A DNA stretch of 63,859 nucleotides, the filler included, from Dugesia japonica (Eukaryota): NCBI GenBank assembly GCA_001938525.1. It is 4 parts of 4 records of this genome, joined end to end, with 100 filler letters (N's around TTAATTAATTAA, not from the genome) between each part and the next. Parts side by side here need not be neighbours in the genome. Positions count along the whole stretch, not along the records: positions 17,415 to 28,447 come from MQRL01605578.1; positions 28,548 to 55,301 come from MQRL01584283.1; 2 more parts are not named here. One strand, given 5' to 3'. Position 1 is the stretch's first letter. Every line of letters begins with the position of its first letter. This document shows, piece after piece, positions 21,750-35,019 of this stretch. The translations under genes were made by a program, and so were the position numbers. The notes beneath the pieces were generated by a model. That model saw nothing but the letters and a program-made list of their open reading frames with translations. It was not told where the DNA came from and searched no databases.

Positions 21750-23114
21750 GTCTGGGGGATAAAATTTCAATAATAAATAAATTCAACGTGTAAATAATGT
21801 ATAATTATATATTTATAATTGTCAAAATACTATTATACTAAATTAATCACTCTCTACGATTTTAGAAATGAATAACAAAAATTTAATAAATCATCTCCGT
21901 AATGAAATACAAATTTTGCAAATTCGAACCCAAACTCTCACAACCATACCCAAAGTACTAAAATGGAAACTCGAGTCTAAAATTGATGCCCTTTCAAATC
22001 TACAACTACAAGATTAAAATAACAAGTTGGAAAGCCAATTAGAGAAGGCACGGCAAGAGATAGAGACCAGAAAACGATCTTGCAAGCCCCTTCAAAATAT
22101 ATAAAAAGCAACATAGATGCAAACCGAGCAAATGTCAACGCCATCAAACAAGCTAGAATTTGGAAAAACAAATGTAAAGAGATCGAACCTAACAGAAACG
22201 CACTCGAAACTCAGCTAATTATTGAACAAGAAAATACCCAAATTCTCCGAATAGAGTTTTTTAATACTCAATTTGAAAAAAATCACCTCGCTACCGAAAA
22301 CCAACTCCTGAATAGCTTGGCTAACAGAGAAGGTGTTCAATCTGGGATCGACAAGCTTTCATTGGAATTTGAAAGTATAATTGAAGAACATCAGCAAAAG
22401 AACGAATTTCAGAAGCAATATATAGAAGCTCTTGAACAAGAGATCATTGAGTTGCAAAACCTCTGCGGCGAGAAAGAAGAAGAGTTAAAAAAAACAACAA
22501 CACTTAGTAGAGCAGTTCTCAACGATTAAGGAATTGCAACAAATTCACGCAACTTACCAACTTATCTCTCATTCAATAGTAACATCGATTCCAGCACACC
22601 CAAGAAGCCTAATCATCTTAAATCCGCCTAAATCGGCACTAAACCCAGCAGCGGCAGCATGGCGACCAACGCCTTCGATAATCTCAACTTATTCCAGACA
22701 AGTAACAACCCTATCAGTTTCAGATCTTGTAACATCATCCTTCAAGCGAGCAGTTCCAAAATGGATAATAAGTGTAATCAGTCCAAATCCTAGCCTTGCT
22801 CTGTCAATTTTATAAGGGTAAAGAATTCTGCAACGGGGATGGACAATGACAAATTCCGGGACGGAATTTTAACAAAACGAAGAGCGATTTGTTGGGGTGA
22901 AATACCCAGTCATCAAGAAGGCAAAACAAAGAGACACAATTTACAAAGTATTGCAAATGGGAAAGGATTAGTAGCTGTGGTCGAAATAATTGCTAAAGGA
23001 GGAAAATATCAAGGGGGCGAAGCCTAAGAGCTTGGACGATCAAATACAGCCGATATCAATTGTAATAATTAAAAGGAATTATAAATATAATAAATGAAGT
23101 ATAAAGAAAATATT

Positions 23115-25641
23115 AGTAGATAGATAGTAGCGGACCGCACCACGCACACATTCAGTAACGTATGTGATGAGATTAATTTCATCGGTGAAATTTTACGTAA
23201 TAGGATTAACTGGTGTTACTTTTTTCCTGAGTATTTAGTTAGGAAATTTTTTTAGGCTTTTTAAGCGGTAATGTGGTGTTACTTTTTCACTAATTATTTA
23301 GTTGGGAAAATGTTTTAGGCTTTTAAGCGGTAATGTGGTGTTACTTTTTCTCTGTGTATTTAGTTGGGAATTTATTCGGTGAGGTCGAATGCTGTTGATT
23401 TTTGATTGGATCAAGTGAATTTGGTCTGAAATTTTCTCGGTAAGGTCGAAAAAGGTCGATTTTTGTGTGATTCAGGGGAATTTGGTCAATTATTTCCTCT
23501 GGATTGGTTGGTTTGGGTAATTTTTGGGCGTTTGGTCAAAATTTTCTTCAGGAATGATGATTTTTGGGTGATTTAGGTGAAATTGGTTGGAATTTTTCTT
23601 GATGAGGGCGAATGAGGTTGAACTTTGATTGGTTCTGATGAATTTGGTCTGAATATTTTCTCGGTGAAGTTGAATAAGGTTGATTCTTTGAACCGGTGAC
23701 GTCGGTTTAGGTAATTTTTGGGTGATCGGTCAATTATTTCCTCGGGATCGATCAATTGGGGATGAATTTTTAGGGAATTTCATGGGAAAAGTAGAATTTG
23801 TTTAAATTTTCAAGTGTTTTAAAATTACTTTAAACTTTTTTGGTAAATTGGTGAAATTAGGTCATTTTGTTTAAATTTTTAGATTTTTAAAATTTTTAAA
23901 TCAAATTTTTTATGGGAATTCGGGAGAACATCCAAAATTTCGAAAATTTTTGAAAAAAAATTTTATCGAGATTTTTACATCAATCGATAGAGAATTTGAT
24001 GGAGATTACTTTTCACAAATAAAAATTTTTCGAAAAATGTATTTCTCATCTTGAGATAAAATAATCATGGTTATTAGATAGAGAATTCTTTGTTGATTCC
24101 AAATATATAAACCTAAAATCGTCAAAATTTATCCGGAATGAAATAAATAAGGTTTTGTGGTGAAAATTCTCAAATTTTGAATTTTGGTGCTCAATTTTCT
24201 TTGCGTACATAACTCATATTGTTTCAAATTTGGTATTATTTTACTCAGGAGAAAAGAGTGACTGTACAAAGTTAAAATATCGTCTCGAGAAAAATGCTTC
24301 CTAACGATGATATCCAACTGTCCTTTCGGATTTGGTAACTTTTTTCGAAAATTTAAAATGTATCTCGAAATTGGTCAACGAGGTATCTATTATATAGAGA
24401 ATCTTTTACTGATTCTAAATATATAAATCTAAAATCATGAAACCTTATAGATAAAAAGTTAAATATAAAAAACATGTACTTAATTTTGGGAGTCCGGGAG
24501 TGAATTATGAAATTTGGAAAGGGTAACTCGAATTTGAACATCAAAGNNNNNNNNNNNNNNNNNNNNNNNNNNNNNNNNNNNNNNNNNNNNNNNNNNACTC
24601 AGGAGGAAAATGTGACTATGCAAAGTTAAAATATCGTCTCGGGAAAAATGCTTCCTAACGAAGATATTCAACTGTCCACTCGGATTTGGTAACTTTTTTC
24701 GAAAATTTAAAATGTATCTCAAAATTGGTCAACAAAGTATCTATTCGATAGAGAATCTTTTACTGATTCCAAATATGTAAATTTTAAATCTTTAAATTTT
24801 ATAGATAAAAGTAATATAGAAAAACATGTATTTCATTTATGGGAGTCCGGGAGGGAATTATGGAATTTGGAAAGGGTAACTTAAATTCGAACATCAAAGT
24901 ATCTATTCGACAGGGAATTTTATTTTGAGTAGGAAAAACATGGTTACAAATCACCAAATCTTGTCTGGGACTAAAGAAAATGGGATAAACCCGAGATTGC
25001 ACAGTAGTCGATAAAATGTTTTTGAAAGTGCACAGTAGTCTATAAAAATTATCTGAAATTTCATAGTAGTCGATAAAAATTTTATGAAATTGCAGATTAG
25101 TCGATAAAAATAATTTGAAATTGCACAGTAGTCAATAAATATTTTAAATTCCTATGTAAAAGAATAGGAAGTATTAATACATAATACTTGCTACCATTAA
25201 GTCTTAACATATACAATACAAAACATATTAATACAAAGTAATCGCTATCAACTGCTACTAACATATGCAATTCTCGCTATCATCAATGTCTTAACATATA
25301 CTATACTCAAGCTTAAAAAGCCTAAAAAATTTTCCCAACTAAATACATTAGAAAAATTAAAAAAACAGTTAATCTTATTACGTAAAATTTCACCTATGAA
25401 ATTAATCTCATGACATAATTTGTGTGCAAAATTTGTTCGCCGCTTATTTACATTAGAAAAATTTAAAAACAGTTATGTAATAATCTCGCGACAAGATTAA
25501 TTACATTATGTAACGCACACAAATGTGTGTCGCCGCCTATTTACATTAGAAAAATTTAAAAACCGTTATGTAATAATCCGATTACGTAGGGGGGGAGGGT
25601 ACTGAATGTGTGCTGTTTTTCACAGCTACTATCTATCTACT
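23115..25641. mobile_element. Non-autonomous TIR element with AGTAG...CTACT termini (probably Polinton-derived)
   Basis: AGTAGATAGATAGTAGC..GCACACATTCAGTA at 23115 and its reverse complement ending at 25641; further inverted match 23160-23270 vs 25310-25417; internal ~360-bp and ~30-bp tandem repeats; no real ORF; no TSD seen. Confidence 0.7.
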
Positions 25642-26420
25642 CTTTACCACTGAATCAAATGATGAGTTTATAAATTGATAGGAATCTATAAACTTTATCG
25701 TAGTTAACTTAGTTTCATGTACAATCAAGCAACAAAATATTTCCGTTGTTGTTGGAATACAATTCAGACTCTATTGTGGGAATTTATTCATTCTGTATTT
25801 GTGAAATACAACGAACAGTTGCATTTTGACGCTTCTGCTCAAATCAAATTTAAAGCATGTTTCACCTAAATACTGACAAGTAAAGTGGTTGTGATCACAA
25901 ACTAATGCAGACAAAGTTTTCTTGCAAATAGTAATTTGTGACTGCAGCAAACAGTAATTCTTGTAATATATGTAATATGGAGACCCTAAATTGTGATTGA
26001 TTTCTGGAATCTCATTTAAAAATTCATATATGCACTTATCTCTCATGAACTGTTTACATGTTCTTTTGTTGGTAAATTAAACTTATTGACTAACAACATT
26101 TCTGCTGAAACTGGCATGTGTTTTTTAAAATGTTCTTCATCCGACGGTAAAATTGATTCAAAATCAGCATATATGACGACAGGTGCTGTTAAAAGTTTTG
26201 AGAAATCCTTAAATATTTCCCCGTCGCTATGGTATATAATGTTTTCTCATTTGAATTTTCTCCCTAATTATCTGATGCTTCTCAAAAACTATTTCCTTGC
26301 TAAAACCATTTAAACAGTTTGAGCACCATATTGATTAATTTCTCGTGCATCTCCTTTATCATATCGATTCAATAACCTGTACAAGCCCATTACAGTTGTG
26401 TAACAGTATTTATTGCCTTT
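25642..26420 (-). pseudogene. Decayed Polinton pPolB fragment (exonuclease/EndoVII region)
   Basis: Minus-strand frames give PVVIYADFES, DHNHFTCQYLG..FVVFH and IKFIDSYQF. Confidence 0.8.
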
Positions 26421-27597
26421 GTTAAATATTTAATATTTGTATTAAATATTTGAATTATTAAATATTAATATTTGCTAAATTGCTTAATTTCTTCTTCGAA
26501 AAAAAACTATCATTATTGGAATAGCATGATTTGATATTCTGTCCAGTTTTGACCTCTTCATTTTTTATGAACTCGACATTGATTCTTACTTGGATTTTCA
26601 CTTCTTTCAGCTCCTCAATGACCTTCATCAATTGAACAATCAAATTCTTTGGTAGTGTTATTTCATTTATATTCCAATTTGATATATTGATTTTTATGAT
26701 TTGATGGCAACGATAAAAATAACTTTTGATAACAATATCTATATCAACAACAGCGGGATTTAATGCACTATTAACTTGAATATTTTCTTCCGCATTGATG
26801 AATTCCTGAAATATAATGTCTTCTTTATCCTATTCATCAATGATTTCGAAACTCTTCTAATCTTCTTCTTCTGGTACATTATTGATAGCTACTTCTGGTT
26901 CATTATTGAATGCTTCGATCTTGATTGTTTCTTTTTTTCATCGTCTTCCATTAACTTTATTCTTTTATGTGGTACATTTAATTGTATATTTAACTCATTA
27001 TCAAGAATTGATCTTAGCATTGATTCAGCATAATTTAAGTTCTAAATTAATTAATTGATTTTAAATAAAAACAATTTTAGATTATTCATGGTTGAATGAT
27101 ATTTACTTATCAATTGTTTATGGATATTTTCTATTTTTATTTATCTAAAAGGTTCATAATAATAAATAAAAAATTAAAGAATTTACTTTTAGATCTTTTA
27201 GTTAACTTAATTTGATAAATAATTTTCAAATTGTGATAAAATAATTACCTTTTATCAGGATTTTAAAAACTGTATTTGATTTCAAAATATTTTCGAAAAT
27301 TACAGATATATTACGCTGCGGTATTTTAAATTGAACTGAAAAAATTTGATATTTCGTGTCAAAATAATAAAAAATAATTCATGCACTATATTTTATATTA
27401 ATTTTTTTTAAATACAACAAATTATTTTTACGTTGCAGTATTTAATATTTCATTAAATATATGCTTTAGTTAATCAAAGGTTTTATATTATTACGAATAA
27501 AAATAAAACATGAATTCAATATATACACAAACAGAAGAATCAAACGTGATAAATTTATATATTTAATATATAAATTTGTCATTTGTAGGTCACAACT

Positions 27598-27858
27598 AGT
27601 AGTAGATGGATAGTGGCGCACTGCCCGCACATGCATGGCGCTGGGCGAACCCCCCCCGGGGGGGGCTCGGAAACACATTACGATGAGGGCACTATTTTTG
27701 GTGGTAAGATTTTTGGGATCAAATTTTTTTTTTGATCAGATTTTTTTTGATCGGATCAGTTTTTTTTTTACCTTTTATTTTACCTTTTTTCAAGAATTTT
27801 TTTTGGCGGGAAATTCTAAAAAAAATATTTTTGGCGGGAAATTCAAAAAAATCTTTTT
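27598..27858 (+). mobile_element. Terminus of another AGTAG-family TIR element
   Basis: AGTAGATGGATAGTGGCGCA..GCACATGCATGGCGCTGGGC..C8G8, similar to 23115 and to the reverse complement of 55402-55468. Confidence 0.55.
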
Positions 27859-28547
27859 NNNNNNNNNNNNNNNNNNNNNNNNNNNNNNNNNNNNNNNNNN
27901 NNNNNNNNTATTTTATATTAATTTTTTTTAAATACAACAAATTATTTTTACGTTGCAGTATTTAATATTTCATTAAATATATTCTTTAGTTAATCAAAAG
28001 TTTTATATAATTACGAATAAAACATGAATTCAATATATACACAAAAATACACACAAACAGAAGAATTAAACGTGGTAAATTTATATATTTAATATTTGAT
28101 ATATAAATTTGTCATTTGTAGGTCACAACTAGTCAAGGTAATTTTGACGACTTCACTCATATCAATAAAAATAAGAAGACAACAAAGCCAAAGAACTCTC
28201 GATATAAAAAATGTGTCGAATTAACAAAATTCAAAACATGTAATTTTTTTTTAAAAAATGTTGTTAATTTGTATTGTATTTTGTCTAGTTTTTATTTTAA
28301 AAAATAAATATTCTTGGTTTCACTGTAATAACTTTGTATAATTTGAATGTTTTTTGAACATAAGTTCCATTTCCACCTTCAATTTTGAAATTATTAAATG
28401 AACATTTTACATCCTTAAAAGCTTATGTCATAGAATTACTAGGAATCNNNNNNNNNNNNNNNNNNNNNNNNNNNNNNNNNNNNNNNNNNNNTTAATTAAT
28501 TAANNNNNNNNNNNNNNNNNNNNNNNNNNNNNNNNNNNNNNNNNNNN

Positions 28548-29093
28548 CTGGCATTTCAATCCAGAAAAACCTTTTTACAGAATAAAGTTGGTATCAAATT
28601 ATATGAACAACACAGAGAAACACTACATACATTTGAATATAGTTGGCACCATATCGCTTTAATTTCAATACTTTATGAACATGACCCAACATGTCCCTTA
28701 TGTTACGATCAACCCGTCCTACCAAGAATAGCACAATGTGGCCATTATTTTTGTTTTGCGTGCATAACCCAATATTTTGACACTAACTTCTCCAAAACTT
28801 TACCATGTCCCTCATGCATATCATACAAAATCCACAGACACAATCTTGAACGTACCGAATTCCAAAAACAGAAAAGCCAAGAAATAGGTAAATTCGTACC
28901 ATTCACGTTATTAATTAAGATGCCACATAACAACTGCTTTAGATTTGCCCATCTCACACCGATATTACAACAAATAGACACGCCTGATAGAAGTGACCCC
29001 ATCAGTGAATATTCCACAGTATGCATACGTGACGCAGTATCAATTAACAATGACATTCGTACAATCAGTTATGTAACACTCCAAGCAAAATAG
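28548..29093 (+). CDS. RNF10/Mag2-like C3HC4 RING protein fragment (5' end lost in gap)
   Basis: Open frame ..FLQ..YSWHHI..CPLCYDQPVLPRIAQCGHYFCFACITQY..CPSC..IGKFVPFTL; not in the supplied ORF track. Confidence 0.7.
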   Translation: MAFQSRKTFLQNKVGIKLYEQHRETLHTFEYSWHHIALISILYEHDPTCPLCYDQPVLPRIAQCGHYFCFACITQYFDTNFSKTLPCPSCISYKIHRHNLERTEFQKQKSQEIGKFVPFTLLIKMPHNNCFRFAHLTPILQQIDTPDRSDPISEYSTVCIRDAVSINNDIRTISYVTLQAK

Positions 29094-29989
29094 AAAAGCA
29101 GACTCATTGCATTATTAAAAAACCGAAAGATCACACTTTTCATATGAAATCAAAGTTCTAGACAAGTTTGACTTTAACGCGAAATTCACAAATCAGATCA
29201 AAAACCAAGAGAAGTATAACCTTATTGATCATAGTGTTAATATGCCAAATTGTAATTACGTGTACCAAACGGCTAAATACCCTAAAACGTTCCTAAATGG
29301 CAAACAATCAACAGAACTTTTACGACTTGCACCGGATGATATTCATTTTCGGGTAGGAGGCTAGATAGAAAGCTTACACACCATAAATATATAAAGCACT
29401 CCACCCTAACACTCGTTTTGGATTCTTACCTGATGGTATGAAAATTCAGATCCTTTCAATTAAAATTGACACAGTATTAACTCCCAAGCAACTCGGACCG
29501 CTAAGCTACTTACAAATTCACGCAAAGCAGATAAGAGCAGCAAAGATAGTAGAGGAAAAGAGGTTACAATCGATAGCAACGCTAGAAAAGGACAGTCAGC
29601 CAGAATACTAAGTAGATCAACTAAGTCGACAGATATTTTCTCCAGGAAACGTTCGACATCCCCTCCTCGACAGTCGGTAGATTTTGAATTTGCAAGCTGC
29701 ATTTTTTATGTGCCCCACGATGATGCAACACCAACGATATCTTATGTCCCTACTTTAGAATGTACGAAGATGTAAGGAGGTACATTTGTTGAGAATCACA
29801 TAGATACAATAGCACATCACATAATTCAGAGTTTACCGGTTGAAACGAAACCGACGAAATAATATAATATTGTATTCACATATACACAGGGATAAAAAAT
29901 AACACCCGTAAAATCACCAACTGATTATTTATTTTACCAGTATCAAATACGAACCATAAAATTTCTTTGTTGAGTTGAAATACCCAACA

Positions 29990-30372
29990 CAATCAAAAAT
30001 TCTGTTGTCAATATCCAGAATAAGGATAACAAATGATTTTAAATATAATTTTAGCTATTCTTAAAGAAAATGAGATAGATAAAAATCATAGATGTAGAGT
30101 AACATTATATAGCAAGAGTAACATTATATAGAGTAACATTATATAGCAAATACATGTCTGAGCTTCAATGTGATGAAGCAAATATGCCGATGAAATTAGA
30201 AAATATTTCTAAATTCGAAAGAAAAAATCCAGGACTTTCAATAAATGTCCTTTCTTGGAATACAAAAGAAGTGGAAGATCCAGATGAAAATGTTTTCAAA
30301 CACCATAATTTAGATATTACACACAGATCAAAAGTGTATTTAAAGGCGTTGAGTGGACACATACTGGTTTAA
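29990..30372 (+). pseudogene. Polinton pPolB N-terminal fragment
   Basis: VVNIQNKDNK...YMSEL..MPMKLENISKFERKNPGLSINV aligns by eye to P1 VINIENKDKY...YLSEL..FPM..IPNFEKLNNLEINV. Confidence 0.7.
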
Positions 30373-33300
30373 AATCAGTATTAGAATGTAAGTCTGTGGA
30401 CTTTGACAATTTGACATAATGACAACCGTACAGGCATTATTCATTTCAAAACATGCAGTAATACACACTCATAAAAAACTGAATCAATTCATCAGAACTC
30501 AATGGAATTAAGTAATAATTTATTTTTATGTTATATATTATTTAATTTCTTTCTATTTAGATGGATACAAAAGAGAATAATTTTATGTTATTAAGGTTGT
30601 ACAGTTTTATTGTAAGTAAATTTGGTTATTCAATGTTGTGTTTACTTTGTTGATATTAAAATAATAAAACTTAAAAAACATTTATAAAAATTGTCGAGCT
30701 AAAACGTAAAAGCGCGAAACAACGGCAAGACAATGAGTAACAATAAAGAAAAGAGAGTATGAGAAGATAACGAAAGATGAGCAATGACAAAATATTAAAA
30801 TTGAAGCAAGCAAATGAGAATCATGAGAGAAATCTATTGAATATAAAATAAAGGAAAAAGCAAGTTCTGGGCCGAAAAATAATATTATTATTGTTACTGT
30901 TCTTGTTATCTGTGAAAATAACATGCAAGAAAATTGAGCATATAGAATCTATACTGGAGTTATCAAATTTTAATTTATTATTATATTAATTATGAATATT
31001 ATAGATAAATATATAATAAAATTAAAAATAAGAGTGAAGAGGTCTCTACGGCCGTATTAGTTAGTATATTAATTATAATTTAATTATAATTTTATTATAT
31101 TGTATTATTTGAATTATTTTTATTAAATTAATTAAAACAAGCTACCCCGGTACAGGCACTAATTTATTTGGAATTACCAATCTGAAAACAAAGACATTAG
31201 TCACGATGAATAATACAAAAATCAACAACTTAATCGGAAATGTTTGGAAAATCCAAAATTGCTGTCCAGCAGAGTTGAATTAATATCATCGATAGTTGCG
31301 AGTCGAGCACACAGCAGATTCACTTGAAACAAGACACCCACTAAAAGTTGGTGTCTACATAGAGCCGACCACATTGTAAAATTGAAGGGAACGGAGTATG
31401 AGATTACCGGATTTACGAATTATAGCCGGTGATTGGTCCACAAATCGAGAAGCCAAAAATTGTTTGAAGGAGAATCATAAAACGCGATTACAAGAGAAGA
31501 TATTTCACTTTTTTTCAATTTAAAAATTTTACTTTAAAAAGTTTTATACCATTCACTTATTTCGATAGTTATTTAAATATTCCAAATTAATCAACGAGAG
31601 GAGAAAACTAAAGAGTTTTAAAAGTAAATGTTGTTTTTGTAATTTCGTAATTTAATCTCCTAACTTACATACTATGAGTGCATCCTAACAGCAAGACAGA
31701 ATTGCTCCCGAGATTTGAAGTTAGTGTCAAATTAAATGCGAAATTTATGCTGAAAAGAGTGAAAATGAGATGTGAATTTAGTACCAAAATTAATGAGTAA
31801 TTGCTATCGAAGTTCAGCAAAAATTTATGTACAATTACTGAGAAATCCCCATCAAGATTCAGCGAAAAATGGTGTATAATTAAAGAGAATTTTTCATCGA
31901 AATTCAAAGAACATGAAGACACAATTCATGAAAAGTTGACACAACAATTCGGCGCAAGTTCAATTAATTATAATGGGAAATTATCCTCGAAAATTTGGAG
32001 AGAAGTTATGAATAAATAACCTGAAAGTTAGAACATTCGTACAAATTTATCAGAGAAGGTTGGGGGAAAACTATGTGCGACTCCCGAAACGAGAGCTCGA
32101 TCATTATCACGTCTGATAAAATGAACAATGATTGGTGGTGGTAAGGGTTGAACCTTTTACTCCTAATTTTATAATTGAATTCAAGTCGGTTGTAATCTTT
32201 TGTAAAATATTATTAGTTCTTATAATTTCAACAGTTATGACTTATCACGAACCTTTATAAGCGTTTATTAATAGTATGAAAATATTAAATTGATTGTACT
32301 CATTTATACTACTGTTTAATTCTGATACTTAATAATGTGTTAAGATTTAACTATGTTGTCTTGTATTAGCATGGGAAGAGCCGGTAGAAGGAGTTGGAAA
32401 TTCAACGATAGTGATTCAATGTATAATGAACAGAGATAGACTTTATGATACGAATGATAACGGAAGCCGAATTATAACACCCAACTTTAATGATGAATGA
32501 ATACTGAATGGAACCCCCAGCTTCTTCAAGAGTGATGAATGATCGTTTCAACTGGTAAATTTAAAATTAAAGTAAATATTGGGGTTTGAACTGACAAGTT
32601 GAACTTATTAATTAATTAATATGCTTTAATAATTCTTATTATGACGACCTCATCATTAATATATACAGATGTCACGCAGATTAACGAAAACTGATGCCGC
32701 TAAATCTTTAGAAGACGGATTAAGTTTTATTACTAGAACACCGAATGATTTGCCAAACCTTTGGAATTCTCTGGGGCCTGGAGGGACAGACACCAAGCCC
32801 TGATGAATCATTCAGGATCTACCGTGACAGTAGGAGATTCAGATCAACGCTTTAAAGGAAACCATGCAGTTACAACAGATGTCCGCCGAAAGAATCGACC
32901 AGCTGGATAAGCTGCGTATCTTAGTCAATGAGCAAGACGAATGTTACAAATCAAAACTTACGGAAATCGTCGCCTGGTAGGAGGGGAGAGAGAAGGAATT
33001 GATCAAGCTGCTCATCGACTCATTGGGTCTCACAGCAGCAGCGGCAGTCCATCGTCGCAATGGGAAACACCCAATTGGAAGCAGAAGAGTACTACAAGAG
33101 ATCAGACAGGCTTTCGTCAAGGATTGAAACTGCTTTACAACAATTTCTTCTACCGGTAGATAACGATACTAAAGAAACAACAGCGTGATTGAAATTTTGT
33201 TGTACAAATAATACAGTGTTCCAACGTTGTGTCAGTTGAGTTTTCTTTTCGATAAATCCTAATTCTAAATTGCATCAAATAGAAATTTTGTAATTACATG

Positions 33301-35019
33301 CAACAAATTCGGATAATAATAAAATTGAAATCTCACATTAAATGATATACTGTTAATAAATCAAGATAAACAATTTTATTGTTTAGTGTCTAAAGAAAGC
33401 AATACCACATTTGGAAGTTCGGTAACGGAGTTAAAAATTTGTGGTTCGTAAAACATTAAAAGATGCTAGCCGAGATATCCAAACTCCACGTGAAAAATGC
33501 TCTCCTGCTCGAGTGAAATACTAAGTTAAAGGAGCGCAACTTGGCCCTCTCAAGCCACCAGAACGATGGCTAACATAATTAAATCCTACGCAGACCGTGA
33601 AAGTGTCCTGATATCCACGGTTCAAACATTCAGCAAGATGTCAAGATGAATGAACAGGAAGGTGAAAACGATGACAAAGATATAATCGAGCTGGATAAAT
33701 GATAATTGTATAATGGAATGAAATGTATTCATCAAAAATTGTTTCGTGTTTTATCATAAAGATAATCTTCAATAAGTATGGTGACTAGCCAGAAAGTGAA
33801 ATTAAAAATTAAAGACATGATACAACATAGTCCTACATGGATGGAAAATGCACAAGGTATTGTCAAATTTATGCCGGCTTCGGGGTATTTACACCTAGAA
33901 GATATTCATACAAAGGAGAACAATAGACCTGTTAGAAGAAAGAAAGTGTTCATCAGAGAGACTTAATAACATCAAAAGCCTCGAAGCCCAACAACAATAA
34001 TAACATTGTTCTAATTAATGGACAATGCAATTTTGAATGAAATTTAAATGCAATGATGAGTCATGCATCCACATGACATAAAATATTGCAATGCGACTGC
34101 ATCATAATAAAATACATATGTGTAGATTAATTAAAAATTGCAACATGATTGAAAAAAAATAAAAATTTGAATTATTATTATTATTTCATTTATTTGGAAT
34201 TAAAAAATTAAAATGGTGAGATTTTTTTTTCCTGATGATAAATTTAAGTAAAAATTTAGTTTACATGTATTATTTTAGATAATTGTTTAAAAGGTTCCAT
34301 ATATAATGGTCAAGGAAATAAAGGTTCCGTTAATTATGGTCAAGAAAATTATTATTATTGTAATTTAAAGGTTTCATAATTTGTTGGAACTTTCATACAA
34401 TTCTCATGAAAAATGAGTCTGTGTGTAACAATAAGAATAAATTGAAAAAGAAGAAAGGTCAGAAGTACATGAATTGGAAAAGGTATAGTTTATTTAAATT
34501 GTATTCATTAATTAATCAATTGTTACTATTTATACAAATCCTAGGAGAATACCAGATTTATGAAAAGATGCAGTATTCTAGGTATCAGAAATATACATGT
34601 ACCAGATTAAAGAAAAGACAGGAGTTGATGACAATGTATACGCTTAAATAAATCTTATAATAAATCTTGTTATTTCATTTAAGTGTTTGATATAAAAATT
34701 TATTAAAAAACATTATGAGTTGAATGTATTTTGAGTATCTAATGAAGTGATTGAATAGCTAATTTTATATTTTAAGTGAATTAAACAGATTTAGGTAAAG
34801 TAAGAAGTTGATGAGAGAATAGTGTAATTTAGTCTTACTGTATCACAACGGTTTTACTTTACCACATTGGCTTACTGTACTAATCTGCTTACTCTATCCA
34901 TTTGTTTTACTATATCACATTAAATGTATAGGTTAAATATGTTTAATGAATATACTAGGTTTGTTGACTGTATCAGGTTAATGAATGTATCGGGTTTAAT
35001 GATTTATTTTGGTCTAGAT

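Noticed and set aside
24950-25140. ~30-bp periodic repeats resembling a CRISPR array (also 63040-63140)
   Set aside because: Tandem units without unique spacers, no cas genes, eukaryotic context
31200-34000. Short ORFs in 31-34 kb, 41-42 kb and 47.5-50.7 kb
   Set aside because: Probably decayed repeat-derived coding DNA, but there are no recognisable motifs to support a call
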